A DNA stretch of 64,000 bases from Octopus bimaculoides (Eukaryota): positions 27,426,430-27,490,429 of the forward strand of contig NC_068988.1 of assembly GCF_001194135.2 (NCBI RefSeq), in the 5' to 3' direction. Shown piece by piece: positions 50,750 through 63,350 of this stretch. The position numbers and the translations under genes were made by a program. Below the pieces are notes generated by a model that searched no databases, was not told the DNA's origin, and worked only from the letters and a program-made list of their open reading frames with translations. Each line of letters begins with the position of its first letter. Within the stretch, counting starts at the first letter, position 1.

Positions 50750-53180
50750 NNNNNNNNNNNNNNNNNNNNNNNNNNNNNNNNNNNNNNNNNNNNNNNNNNN
50801 NNNNNNNNNNNNNNNNNNNNNNNNNNNNNNNNNNNNNNNNNNNNNNNNNNNNNNNNNNNNNNNNNNNNNNNNNNNNNNNNNNNNNNNNNNNNNNNNNNNN
50901 NNNNNNNNNNNNNNNNNNNNNNNNNNNNNNNNNNNNNNNNNNNNNNNNNNNNNNNNNNNNNNNNNNNNNNNNNNNNNNNNNNNNNNNNNNNNNNNNNNNN
51001 NNNNNNNNNNNNNNNNNNNNNNNNNNNNNNNNNNNNNNNNNNNNNNNNNNNNNNNNNNNNNNNNNNNNNNNNNNNNNNNNNNNNNNNNNNNNNNNNNNNN
51101 NNNNNNNNNNNNNNNNNNNNNNNNNNNNNNNNNNNNNNNNNNNNNNNNNNNNNNNNNNNNNNNNNNNNNNNNNNNNNNNNNNNNNNNNNNNNNNNNNNNN
51201 NNNNNNNNNNNNNNNNNNNNNNNNNNNNNNNNNNNNNNNNNNNNNNNNNNNNNNNNNNNNNNNNNNNNNNNNNNNNNNNNNNNNNNNNNNNNNNNNNNNN
51301 NNNNNNNNNNNNNNNNNNNNNNNNNNNNNNNNNNNNNNNNNNNNNNNNNNNNNNNNNNNNNNNNNNNNNNNNGATACAGGTGCATTAAATGTAAACAATC
51401 AGCACCACCACCACCACCACCCCACCTCCAGTTAAAAACCTGTTCTTTTTGCTTTATATCTTCAAATACATTGGAATCCAAAAACCTAAAGGATATCACG
51501 TAGTTACCTAACTAAAGTGTAATTCAATTCAGTTTATTGTATGCAAGTTTTATAACGAACTGGTTTTGATATAATTGTTAAAGTTTATCTTTTGATCATA
51601 CATTTTCTGCCTTTTTTTTTTTCTTTAATAAAAACAAGTTTGATTATGTTTAATTTGCTCCTCTCCCCTCCATTGCATATTTAATCCAGTATAATAACCC
51701 CAAAAGTTAACAAATGAAAACTGAACGAAATTTTTCTTTATATGTGCAGTTAGTGTTTAGATGTATTTTCCATTAGTGCTTAAATACCTAAATGAAACTT
51801 TTTTTTGTTTTGTTTATGTACTCAGGTGTGGGAAAATACTTTAATCTGCAGTTTGTTTTTCTTGTAATTGCTTTTGATTTTTGTCTAACCTGTAATTATA
51901 ACTTACTCTGCTTAGAGATATTGATGAGAGGTAGACTGCATACTTAATATCCAAATGGTTTACTGCAAATGCACACATACAAATATGTATTTATGTGTAG
52001 GTGTAGCTGTGTGGTAAGAAGTTTGCTTCCCAACCATGTGATCTAGAGTTCAGTTCCATTTAATGGCACCTTGGGCAAGTATCATTTAATATAGCCCCAA
52101 GCTGACCAAAGCCATGTGTGGGTGTGTATATGTATGCATATATGTGTGTATGTATATATGTATGTGTGCATGTATGTATATATGCGTGTGTGCGTGTGCT
52201 ACCATCTTATCACCTTGACTTTATTTAATAGTTGTAAATGAGTATCACTGTTATACAAGCAGTGTCCTTTGGTTTTAGCCTGCTGCATAAATATATCTGA
52301 TTATGGTGAAATATTACCTTATTTCAAAATAGGTGAAAGTTAGTGTTAAGAACAGCTTTCAGCCACAGAAACCATGAAACTTTGCCAGTGCAGACACTGG
52401 AACACAGCACTGTCCTTTGACCCTCCCCAAGATACAAGAAAACCTGCTTCAACACATAAGTTCACTTCAAGAATCTTGGAAACCAAATACAAACACCAAA
52501 TATATATATTATTTTTCTGTTAGCATAAATTTTAATTTAATTTGGTTCATATTACCTAAAAGGATGTAAAAGCATTTTATCAAATGAAAATAGAGAAAAA
52601 AAAATCATTAATTAAAATGTAAGCAGTTAAAATTTTCGCCTCGGAGTTCAATGCTGGGTTACACTGACATTTTAACACAACCTACTCCATCTCTACTGCA
52701 GCCCACATAAAAAAAAAAATACCCCAAAAAGCACTTTTTGTAGTTTTATAAGAGCAGATTACTGATGCATATTTCTTATTAAAATCATCTTTTATCCAAG
52801 AACATCACGACTATTTTGGCATTCATAAATGCTTTAGATTTCTTTTTAACTTATAAGTTAAGTCTGTACCAATCAGAATGACTGGTGCCAAGTCTAGAGA
52901 GAACACCGAACAGAGAATTTTTGTTGTGTTCCATTAATGTTTACAGAAACATCTCCAAAATATCTAGTCAGGTTTTTGTCCTGATCAAAAACAATGGCTT
53001 TTTAGATATAAGCTATAGGTGCTTATTTTTAAGAACTTAGCTAGAAATTTTCCAATTGCTGACAGTTATTCTCAGCATTTGTATTTTGGTTTGATTCTAA
53101 AAAGTTATACTTAATTCTTTACATATTCTCCCTGAACATAGACCAACCCAATATTTCATATCAAAGACAGAATTACATCA

Positions 53181-53700
53181 CCTTCCTTTGATGTTTGAAG
53201 AAATGTTTTTAAACATTGGATGAATGTCATGTAATACTTTTTTTGTAAGGTTTTATCTGAGAATGTTTTTCTATCTTCTATCATAATTCAATATAAAATA
53301 TCTACAACAATTTGACACACACATGCCTTCCTTTGTCCATTAATGTTTTTAACTAGCTATGACAGGCATGAGCTTAACCCCATACATGGTGGTTATACTT
53401 CAGTAAAATACATATTAAAATATTTGCCCTGCTGCTCTTTCCCAACTGCAGTCTGAAGATTTGCTTGTATGATATATTTGTATACTATATTATTGAAATG
53501 CATCAAAAATTTTTCGAAAAAAAGATAAAGCTTTAAAAATAAACTTCAAATGTTTTTAACTAACTATGACAGCCATAAACTTAACCCATAAATGGTGGTT
53601 AGATTTTTCAGTGAATATGTGTTAAAATACTTTACTGGCTGTCCTTTTCCATCTGCAGCATGTAGTGTTGTTGTAATATATCTGCATGCATTATATATTT
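53181..53700. repeat. Old diverged tandem duplication (period ~207 bp)
   Basis: aatgtttttaacta.ctatgacag.cat...cttaacccata.atggtggtta at 53342 and 53549; partial third unit at 53181. Confidence 0.85.
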
Positions 53701-53711
53701 CTATACTAATT

Positions 53712-54128
53712 GGTGCAGACATGGTTGTGTGGTGAGAAGCTTAACTCCCAACCACATGGTTATGGGTTCAGTCTCATTCTGTGGCACCTTGGACAAGTGT
53801 CTTCTTTAGCCTCAGGCCAACCAAAATGTTGTGAGTGGATTTGGTAGATGGAAACTGAAAGAAACCCATTGTGTGTGTGTGTGTGTGTGTGTGTGTTTGT
53901 GTATGTATAATGTATGTATATATTGATGTATGTATCTGTGTTTGCCTCCCATCCCCACTTGATAAATGGTGTTGGTGTGTTTCCATCTCTGTAACTTAGT
54001 GGTTCAGCAAAAGAGACCGATAGAATAAGTACTACGCTTTAAAAAAAAAGTCATGTTGTCGATTCCTTCAAGACGGTGCCCCAGCATGGCCGCAGTCAAA
54101 TGACTGAAACAAGTAAAAGATAAAAGAT
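53712..54128 (+). mobile_element. Family A SINE with tail alpha
   Basis: Colinear with 1507-1919. Confidence 0.88.
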
Positions 54129-55301
54129 ATAACCAAAATACATTAAAATTAAAGAAAAATCAAAAAAAAAAAAAAATGGAAACTTCAGAATTCATTGTTT
54201 AGCTATAGCTTAATAATTTCAATATTGAAAAATGTTAAAGTTTTCGAGCAACTTGGATAATTTGTATTTCGATAATTATTATTTTCTGTAGTTTCTAAAA
54301 TGGTGAGAGTATTTATATTAAAAAAAGATGTGAAACTTTTTTTTTTATCACTCTTGACTAATTTCTATCAAACAAAAAAAAAAAAAAAATGCAGCTGAAA
54401 TTCGTAACTTGAGTTCAGGCTCAACGTGTGCTTGATCTAATCAATCCTCGTTTAACTTCTGTTTAAAAAAAAAAAAAAGAATATTTGGTACAATTATCAG
54501 TATAACACCTGCCAACTTAATTTGGAAAAATTACAACATTTCCATTACTTAGTTCATCACATTGTCATTATCATCATCATCATATTGTCATCATCACCAT
54601 CATTAACATCATTATTATTGTCATCATCATCATCATCATCAGCATCATTATCATCATCATCACCATTGTACTTATTTCTTTTAATATCCATTTTCCCATG
54701 GTTACTGACATCAAATGGAGCCAGTTCATGGCTGTTATGAGCTGAAGCAAGAACGTTGAAACAAAATTTGTTATTGTCATTGTTAAATAACATTTAGTCA
54801 TCTCTAGCAACACAAACCAGTGACTTCGAAGATAGCCAATTGAATATTTTGAAATGGCTTGCAGGACTAACTCTTTGAAAAAACCATGCTTTTGTCTGAT
54901 TTAATATAATTTTGTATGCACCAGTGAGTTGCTGTGTAGCAATAGATCAATCTTAATCAAGCAGACCTATAATCAAAGGCATTCCAACTGTGACCATCCC
55001 TTTTTTTTTCTTTTAGGGATGTTTGGAATTGTATTATCTTATGTGTCATCATCATCATCCAGCGTTTTAAATCTGGGTTTTCTCCCCGTTAACAGGGTGG
55101 CCGGATCTACCTCAGTGCCATAGCAACCAAGGTAGGCAAGTGCAGCCCACCTCTGCATTTGGGCTGGCTGGCTGGTGCCCATTCTCCTTTGCTATCATGA
55201 TGCTTTTTTGGAGCTGGATTTTCTACGGGGAGCATGCCCTTGCTTACTCCCAACCCCAGTTTCTAGACATGAGTGGTCCTGAGACCAAGGCCAAGGCCTC
55301 T

Positions 55302-55662
55302 ACCATGAATTTGGTCCCACTGCATGGCATCTTGGGCAAGTGTTTTCTACTATAACCCTGGGCTGACCAAAGCCTTGCGAGTGGATTTGGTAGATAGAAA
55401 CTGAAAGAAGCACATTGTGCGTGTGTGTGAGTGCGCCCATGTCTTGACTTTGTTGTTTGTAAGCAAGTACCACTGCCAAACAACCTAGATTGTTTGTTTC
55501 CGATTTTCTGTGAAAAACCTGGCCATAGGGAAATATTATCTTGCTTAGAAACAGGTGAGTGTTGGTGAGAGGAATGCTATATGGCCTTAAAAAATCTGCC
55601 TCAACAAATTCCATCTGACCAATGCTAGCATAGAAAAGTGTGCATTAAATGATGATGATGAT
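55302..55662 (+). mobile_element. Family A head (5' truncated) with beta tail
   Basis: ttgggcaagtgttttctac...gaaagaagc, short TG hinge, beta tail ending cattaaatgatgatgatg. Confidence 0.8.
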
Positions 55663-56540
55663 AATCCTAATAGATGAATATATAGAATTTCAAAGGCATC
55701 AAAGATGCAAATTCCTTAATTTAGATTTTGAAAGTCTGTAAAACTACTAAATGGAATATTTCCTAACTTCTATTCAAAACTCTACAGACTCATATAAGAA
55801 AATGTTGAAAGAAAAATGAATTGAAAACTGAGTTTACTTAAAAGTTTTATTTTTTTATTAAAAATCTTCCACACCAATTATTGGTATCGAAGACGATGGA
55901 GTCATTCGCATTAAGCATTACTGTTTATTGTTGTTACCATTCCATCCTGTCTGGCGAGGATAAATGAGTTTTAATGTAGAATGTCAGAGTGTTGTTTTGT
56001 CACCATTTACTACTGTTTGGTGTTTGCATTGATGGAACCGTAATATATAATCAGTTGTGTTTTCTTCAATTTAACTTCACCAACACACCACCACCACCAC
56101 CACCACCACCACTACCACCACCACCACCACTGCCATTCACCATCATAACCATTATCATCACCACCATCACAATCTTTGCCATTTTCAACATGTTGTTGTT
56201 AACTTGAGAAGAACTTCTTATGTAAAATTGTAACATTAACTTGTGCAAGAGAGCCACTTTAAGCAGAAAATTGCACTGTTTAAAGGATCTGGAGATGGTA
56301 AATATTTACATCACATGCAAGTGAAATGTTTACCTTCAGAAAGTTTGCAGAGATAAAATCAATTTATTATGTAATTTCTTCATTTTACAAGTAAACCTTA
56401 AACCAGTATGCCTGTGTAAACATTTCAGTCTCTTCAATTTAAATTTGATTCTGCATCTCTTATGCCTCAAATTATGTAACTGATTGGTATACTTGGTCCC
56501 GTTTGTAACCTTTCAAATTCAATTTCTTCTACTTGAATAG

Positions 56541-56570
56541 AAATTTTCTGGAGACGCAATAACCAAAGGG
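56541..56570 (+). CDS. Weak candidate 30-nt exon (phase 1-1: EIFWRRNNQR)
   Basis: Acceptor ttcttctacttgaatag, donor ggg/gtaaac, CpG-bearing unique context. Confidence 0.18.
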
Positions 56571-56878
56571 GTAAACTATCAGCTTCTATCCTATCGCTAT
56601 TTCCCATTAAAAACCTTCCAATCGCCGTCTCCTTAGTTGAAGTTGAAAATTGCGGGTAGTGTAGTTGGGTATATAATACATCTCTGTCAAACTGACTTGT
56701 GGTTTGGAAGGTGGGTTTTTTTTTTTTTTTTCTCTTTGAATTATCTTTATATTTCATTTACAGAAAGAGGGAGTAGAAAAGGGTTTCCAGCTTCTATGAT
56801 CTTAACTTTCTGCCATGTCTATCAAAATTGTCGATGTTCTCCTTGCTCAACGCTTTCTTTGTTAAAATTGTGAACTTA

Positions 56879-57270
56879 GGCGCAGGAGTGGCTGTGAGGT
56901 AAGAAGCTTGCTTCCCAACCACAAGGTTCTGGGTTCAGCTCCACTGCGTGGCACCTAGGGCAAGTGTCTTCTGCTATAGCCACAGGCCAACCAAAGCCTT
57001 GTGAGTGGATTTGGTAAACGGAAACTGAAAGAAGCTCTTCATATATATGTGTGTGTGTGTCTGTGCTTGCCCCACCACCACCACCACCCCTTGACAACCG
57101 ATGATGGTGTGTTTACGTCCCCCATAACTAAGCGATTCAGCAAAAAAAACAGACCGATAGAATAAATACTAGGCTTACAAAAAATAAATCCTTGAGTCAG
57201 TTTGTTTGACTAAAGGCGGTGCTCCAGCATGGTTGCAGTCAAATGACTGAAACAAGTAAAAGAATAAAAG
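56879..57270 (+). mobile_element. Family A SINE with tail alpha; a further head at 57394-57527
   Basis: Colinear with 1507-1919. Confidence 0.88.
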
Positions 57271-58086
57271 AAAGTGATCATCTTCTGTGGCAAAAGGGAA
57301 TTTTTTGTTAAGAATTATTCAGTGCTGGGAAGGAAAAAATTATAAATGGTCACACACATATTTAAGCAACTTCCTCTGTTTCAACTTAAACTAGGTATGG
57401 TCGTGTGGTTAGGAAGCTTGCTTCCCAACCATGTGGCCTTGGGTCCAGTCTCGCTGCATGGTACCTTGAGCAAATGTCTTCTGCTCTAGCCCCAGGCTAA
57501 CTGAGATAGAAACTGAGAGAAGCCCATTTTATGTAGTGGTGTGTGTGTGTGTGAATACCCTTGTCTAGACATTATGACTATCATTGCCATACAAACAAGA
57601 TTGTTCATTTCCAATAATCTGTGAAAAACATGTCTGGGGAAATATTTACTTGAAAATAGGTAAAAATAATCTTTTCTACTCTAGGCACAAGGCCTGAAAT
57701 TTTTGTGGAGGGGGCCAGTCAATTAGATCGACCCCAGTACGCAACTGGTACCTATGCCAGCATGAAAAAGTGGATTCTAAATGATGATGATTAATCTTCA
57801 CTTATATGAAAATTTGCGTTTCCTTTACATATATTTTGTTGCTTTCTTCAATAATTGTACATATTATTTTAGCTCTGTCTTTTCACAAGCAGATGATATT
57901 TACCCAACATTTCAAATTTTAAATATAATTGTGTTGTCTTTACAAACAAGGGTTATGAAAGTAGAATATAGAATTTTATTTTGTATTTACCTGTTTATTT
58001 TTTTCTATTAAGTTTCTTCTTTATAAAGTTTTGTAATTTTAAAAAAAGCAACTAATAACAATCATCTTTTTGGTTTCTGATTCCAG

Positions 58087-58175
58087 ACAGTCACCATGGC
58101 AGTTTTAGTGGTCCAGGTATTCAACATCCATCCTCATTTTATTCAAGTGTCATTACAGAAGATTCTGGCAGAAAA
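58087..58175 (+). CDS. Candidate 89-nt internal coding exon (xSHHGSFSGPGIQHPSSFYSSVITEDSGRK), phase 1 to 0, unidentified gene
   Basis: Acceptor ttttggtttctgattccag, donor aaa/gtaagg, fully open frame with protein-like low-complexity composition, unique sequence. Confidence 0.6.
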
Positions 58176-58684
58176 GTAAGGTTTTTTTTCCAAATTCATT
58201 TCCAACGTGTTAAAATTTTGTAGTTGTTATACTAATAGCTTTACAGAAGACACCTGTTTTCAGTTAATTTATTCTCCATACTTTCCCTCTTAATTATAAA
58301 GTATTACCCACATACACATCCTGGAGTCTTAATTTAATAGCTTTGCATGAATAAATCCAGCAATCAGTAATTAGCACCGCAGTTAAATTTTACTATTGAA
58401 ACTTGCTTTGATTATGTCACCAGACTTATACCAATTTATCAGGTTCTCTGAATTATTATTCACACAAATTCAGCTCATCTGGTGACTGGTGACAACTTGC
58501 TTTACTGTGCCAATAATACCCATATGTTTCCAATGGTAAATTTCATTAATTTTCTTATTACTGGAGCCATATGTTTCCATGTACAGCTTTTGAATATTTG
58601 TCAATTATTTGCTTGATTGACTGCATTTGAAATTTCGTGCTAGTATCAGACACCAATACTTCGAAAATATATAAATATATATAT

Positions 58685-58717
<33 letters not shown>

Positions 58718-58824
58718 TCTGAGTAAACATTCTGAGATGACAAATGCTCAGCCAATAGGAAAGCAAAGCATTTAATATTCTCTTTTGTATTTTAACACAC
58801 AGCTTATATACTTACACGTAAACT

Positions 58825-59210
58825 AACAAACAAGCTTACAATAACATGCACACTTTTAAGTAATTAACAAAAATATTTTTTATAGCCAACTGTCGGAACA
58901 CTAGAAACAAACTATGCAACAGTTTGTTTCTGTTTTTATGCTGTCATGTGTTCCTCATTAAAATTGCAACTGAATATTAAACAGAACAAGAACAGCTTAC
59001 ACCTAATTTAATTAAATGTTTATTTTTCTTATTAATCAGAAGGTATTGCCTTAACTCTTGCCTTACTTGTGGATGCAAAAATCTACCCAAATACAAATAC
59101 CCGAATGTTACCTTGACATTAATAAGTAGTCCTTTTGGATGCATTAGTATTGTTTTAAAAGATGGAATTTGAGGCTTTCATCATCATCTAAATAGACTTG
59201 GTTTCATATT
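58825..59210 (+). repeat. Diverged direct repeat, copy 1 (copy 2 at ~61115-61455)
   Basis: Shared acttttaag.aattaacaaaaat...atagccaactg...aactatgcaacagttt...acagcttacacct...ttaatcagaa.gtattgcctta...ggaatttgag.ctttcatcat. Confidence 0.88.
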
Positions 59211-59717
59211 CAAGACAACAAAATTATTTTGCAATTTTCCTTTATTTTTTATCGTTTACTTGTTCCAACCATTGAACTGTGGCCATGCTGGGGTACTGCA
59301 TTAAAGGGTTTAGTCAAGTAGATCAACCCCAGTACTTTTTTTTTTTTAGTTGAGAGATCTTATAAGTAACTTGGTGGCCTTGCTGATACCAGTGCCATGC
59401 AAAAAGCACCACAAGATACTCTGTAAAGTGATTAGCATTAGGAAGGGCATCCAGCCGTAGAAACCATGCCATAGCTGACATTGGAGTTGGGTGCAGTCCT
59501 CTAGCTCACCAGCTCTTGTCGAACCATCCAACCCATGCCAGCATGGAGAAAATGATGTTAAATGATGTTGACAAGGGGACTTGTTCTATTGGTTACGTTT
59601 GCCTAACTTCTAAGTTATGGGTGATGTAAACAAACTAACACCTGTTGTCAAGTGGTAAGGGGCCAAGCACAAACACCGAGAAAAATACATACACAGACAC
59701 ACACACACACACGTTTA

Positions 59718-59877
59718 TGACAGGCTTCCACACAGTTTCCATCTACCAAATTCACTCACAGGGCTTTAGTTGACTCAGGGCTATAGTAGAAAACACCTGC
59801 CCAATGTGCCACATAGTAGAACTGAACCTGAAACCATGTGCTTACAAAGCAAGCTTCTTAACCACACAGCCATACCT
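59718..59877 (-). mobile_element. Family A SINE head
   Basis: Reverse complement of the family A head. Confidence 0.8.
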
Positions 59878-60387
59878 GATTTTTTTTTTATTACCAATTA
59901 ACAATTTATAAACTCATAATACTTAAATAATATTTCTGAGTTAGTGGTATATAACTGACCTAAATTTTGTTGTGCCTTGGGAAGGTCATTATGTCTATAG
60001 TAACACATGCACTGGTTCAATACCACTTCTTTATTGTTAGCGAATTTGTTAAATATCTAACCAACTAACTAATTGATCATTTAATGTGTTGGTTAAACAC
60101 TCAGTTAGCTGTTTGTTAGTCAAAGTTCTTTCACCACAGTTCGTTATCTTTTCAATGACTTAGTGACTTCCCCTGTCACTCCAGAGTCTGTTTTTAACTA
60201 AGTTTATCAAAGTCAATCTAACAATAAAACTGTGTTTGGCTTGACAACACAATGAAGTTGTCCGCATTACCATTATTTCAAGAGCCTAGGATTCAGTTTC
60301 AAACTCGAGAAAGCAAAAGTATTTTGCAATGTTTCTTCAATTATTTTGTTTGTATTATTATTACTTAGGTAATATAGGTGCAGGTAA

Positions 60388-60691
60388 AAGCAGCAAGCAG
60401 GTGGCAAAATTGTGAGCATGCCAGGCAAAATGCTTAGCAGTATATTGTCTCTTTACGTTCTGAGTTCAAATTTCGCTGAGGTCGATGTTGCCTTTCATCC
60501 TTTTGGGGGTCAATAAATTAAGTACCAGTTGCATACTGAGGTCAATCTAATCAACTGGCCCCCTCCCCAAAAATTTTGGGCCTTGTGCCTAGATTAGAAA
60601 AGAATATCTGCACATACACTTTCCACCGAGGTCGACTTTACCTTTCATCCTTTCGAGGTCAATAAATTAAGTACCAGTTGCATACTCAGGT
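60388..60691 (+). mobile_element. Family B SINE plus partial duplicate (60625-60691); inverted copy at 61537-61735
   Basis: ttctgagttcaaatttcgctgaggtcgatgttgcctttcatcc...gggccttgtgcctagattagaaaagaat. Confidence 0.85.
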
Positions 60692-61043
60692 CGTTAAAAA
60701 ATTATGTGAAATAAATCAGTCACACTTCTACAGTACACAAAATATTTTAACAATATTTTTTTTATGAATAGAAAAATTATTATTTCTAAATCTCTCAACA
60801 GTACTCTAGAATAAAGATTATTTGCTAACACAATGTGGCAGTCCTGGTTAGGACAGTAACATTTGTCATAACCAGGACTCTCACACTATGTTGGCAAATA
60901 TTCTTTACAATATTTTTTTATACAATTCCTAATAATATTTAATTATAAAAATATAATGGGATTTTTTTAAAACTTCAAATGGCTACAGGAGTAAAATGGG
61001 AATCAAAGGAGACCCACAGGCAAAAAATGGTTGAGACCCACTA
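60692..61043. mobile_element. Possible hAT-type MITE remnant (right end only recognised)
   Basis: Ends aaaaaatggttgagacccacta, like the reverse complement of CAGTGGTTCTCAACC-type hAT termini; left TIR not found. Confidence 0.3.
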
Positions 61044-62585
61044 GTCTAGCTGAAAGTAGTTGTTGCTAATAAGGAAAAAGGTGTTACTAATGAACAAAAA
61101 GGTGTTACTAATAAACCTGCTTACAATGATGCTCCCATACAGAAACTTTTAAGCAATTAACAAAAATGTATTTCATAGCCAACTGCTAGAACAATAAAAA
61201 CTATGCAACAGTTTTTTTGTTTTTTTTCCCTCATGTGTTCATCATTAAAATTGTGACTGAATGTTAAACAAAACAGCTTACACCTGAATTAATAGGCATT
61301 TTTCCTTTCGTGTTTTATTGTTAATCAGAACGTATTGCCTTAGCTTTTGTCTTAACAATAATGACTACATCCTTGTTAGCTATTTTACTATTGTTTAAAA
61401 AGATTGGGACTGGAATTTGAGACTTTCATCATTTAATAGATTCATTTTGAAATTCTCCCCTAAAATTGCTGGCCTTGTGCCAAAATTTGAAACCAATATC
61501 CCATGTTAGTTTATATTCCAACACCACCTTAGTAATCCTTTCCACTATAGACACAAGGCCTGAAATTTTGGGGTAGGAGGCTTATTGATTACATTGACCC
61601 CAGTGCTCAACTGGTACTTAATTCATTGACCCCCAAAAGTCAACCTTGGTGAAATTTGAATTCAGAACATGAAGAGGGGCAAAATGCCGTGAAGCATTTC
61701 ACTCAGTAAGCTAATGATTCTGCTCACTCACTGCTTTAATAATAACAACAAAGTTATTTTATGAAATTCTTTGTCATTTTCAAAAATAATTAAAACCAAC
61801 AGAAGCATGGTAACAAAAAGGTTAAAAGGAATTGGTTTACCCAGGTTCAAAATTGTTGTTTGGGTGAAACTGGCCTGCTTGAAACAACAAAAATACAAAT
61901 AGAATAGTCCATAATGGTCAGTTAAATTTCCTTCTTGTAAATAAAGGAATATTAACAAGCAACTTCCATTTTCTCAAGACTGAAAATTGAAAATTATTTG
62001 AGGTTTTCTTTCTGTATGTAAGCTGCATAATGTACTCAAACTATGTTTTAAATAATTACTCTGTATCACACAGGGAATGAACAGGTTTTATCAAGATTTC
62101 TTTAATTATTTTATATTTTGACAAGTTGTTTTATTTATTTATTAGTTATTCTATTTTCGATGTTGTGCTTGGTGACAAACTAAGTGGTCTTACTCCCTAG
62201 AGACAAGCAAAATAAATACAAATTTCTTTGCAGCTGAGCATTTTCTTTGCATGTCACTTTGGTGTTGATTAACAAGAAGCTGATGTGCTGAGTTAATAAC
62301 TGTCCTTTCTTTGGCAGCTTAGGAATTCTTCATTTAAACATTAATTTTCACAAATAGATTTGGCTTTTTTCTCATATACAGTTTTTTAAAATATATTTTT
62401 TCCTTAAAATTTTCATTGCAATCATGGTAGTAATCTATTTTTTTCTTGTCTTTTTAAATCTCCTATTCAGTTATTTATTATATTTTTTTTTTGTTTAAAC
62501 CTAAATTTAAATTGCATTTACAAATACATTATTTGAGAATTGGGTATGGGACAAAATAAAAGTAATTCAAATTTGTAACCCATAA

Positions 62586-62664
62586 GGAATTCCTCATATT
62601 CACTTGAGGAATCCATGTTCACTCAGATAATGGCTGCAACTTTTAGTTGCAGTCGTTATTTGGG
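62586..62664 (+). other. Two adjacent hairpins; the second has a 20-bp stem
   Basis: 62586-62614 10-bp stem with one bulge; 62622-62664 16 Watson-Crick plus 4 G-U pairs, UUU loop. Confidence 0.8.
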
Positions 62665-63285
62665 AAAGTTAAGGCAGTGCCAATGTACTAGTATGGTGGA
62701 ACATCTGAATATGAACATCTTCTTTTTCTCTTTTATAAGATCTGCAGTTAACAATATCCCTTGATTTAAAAACAAAAGTACAGTTCAGAAATCTTCTTAA
62801 TAAAACCAGCATTTAAACCGGCCATATCTGGCTTATTTATATTCAGATCTGGCCTCTCACACTTGTTTTATGTTCAATCTGGCCAGATCCAGCTTCTCAC
62901 GCCTACTCAACAATTTCTAAAAATAAACATTCACATTATCAAAATCTTGAATCTACAAGATAATGTATGATTAATTCAAAACAATGGGAATAAATAAGCA
63001 ATTACATTTGACAGAGTAATTGGAAAGCTAAAGTGTTCAACTCATATTGTTACTATGAATAATGATACTATGTAAAGAGAAAAGTTTGGTCTATCAGAAG
63101 GAATAGGTGTGTTGTTTCTGCTGAAAGGGAATTATCGCAGTTTAATCAACCCATTGATTATTTCACATTCTTTCCAGTTGTTTTACATTTCTTTTAGCCT
63201 TTTTTTTAAAGTATTCGAACACTAAGTTCTGCATTGATTATCTTTCTTTGTGTTGGTCTCCTTGGCTGTTTTCCTCTTTCCTGTC

Positions 63286-63287
<2 letters not shown>

Positions 63288-63347
<60 letters not shown>
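63288..63347. repeat. (TA)n microsatellite
   Basis: Directly visible. Confidence 0.98.

Positions 63348-63350
<3 letters not shown>

Noticed and set aside
62586-62680. H/ACA snoRNA interpretation of the twin hairpins
   Set aside because: The hinge atgttca does not fit ANANNA, there is no ACA tail, and there are no pseudouridylation pockets.
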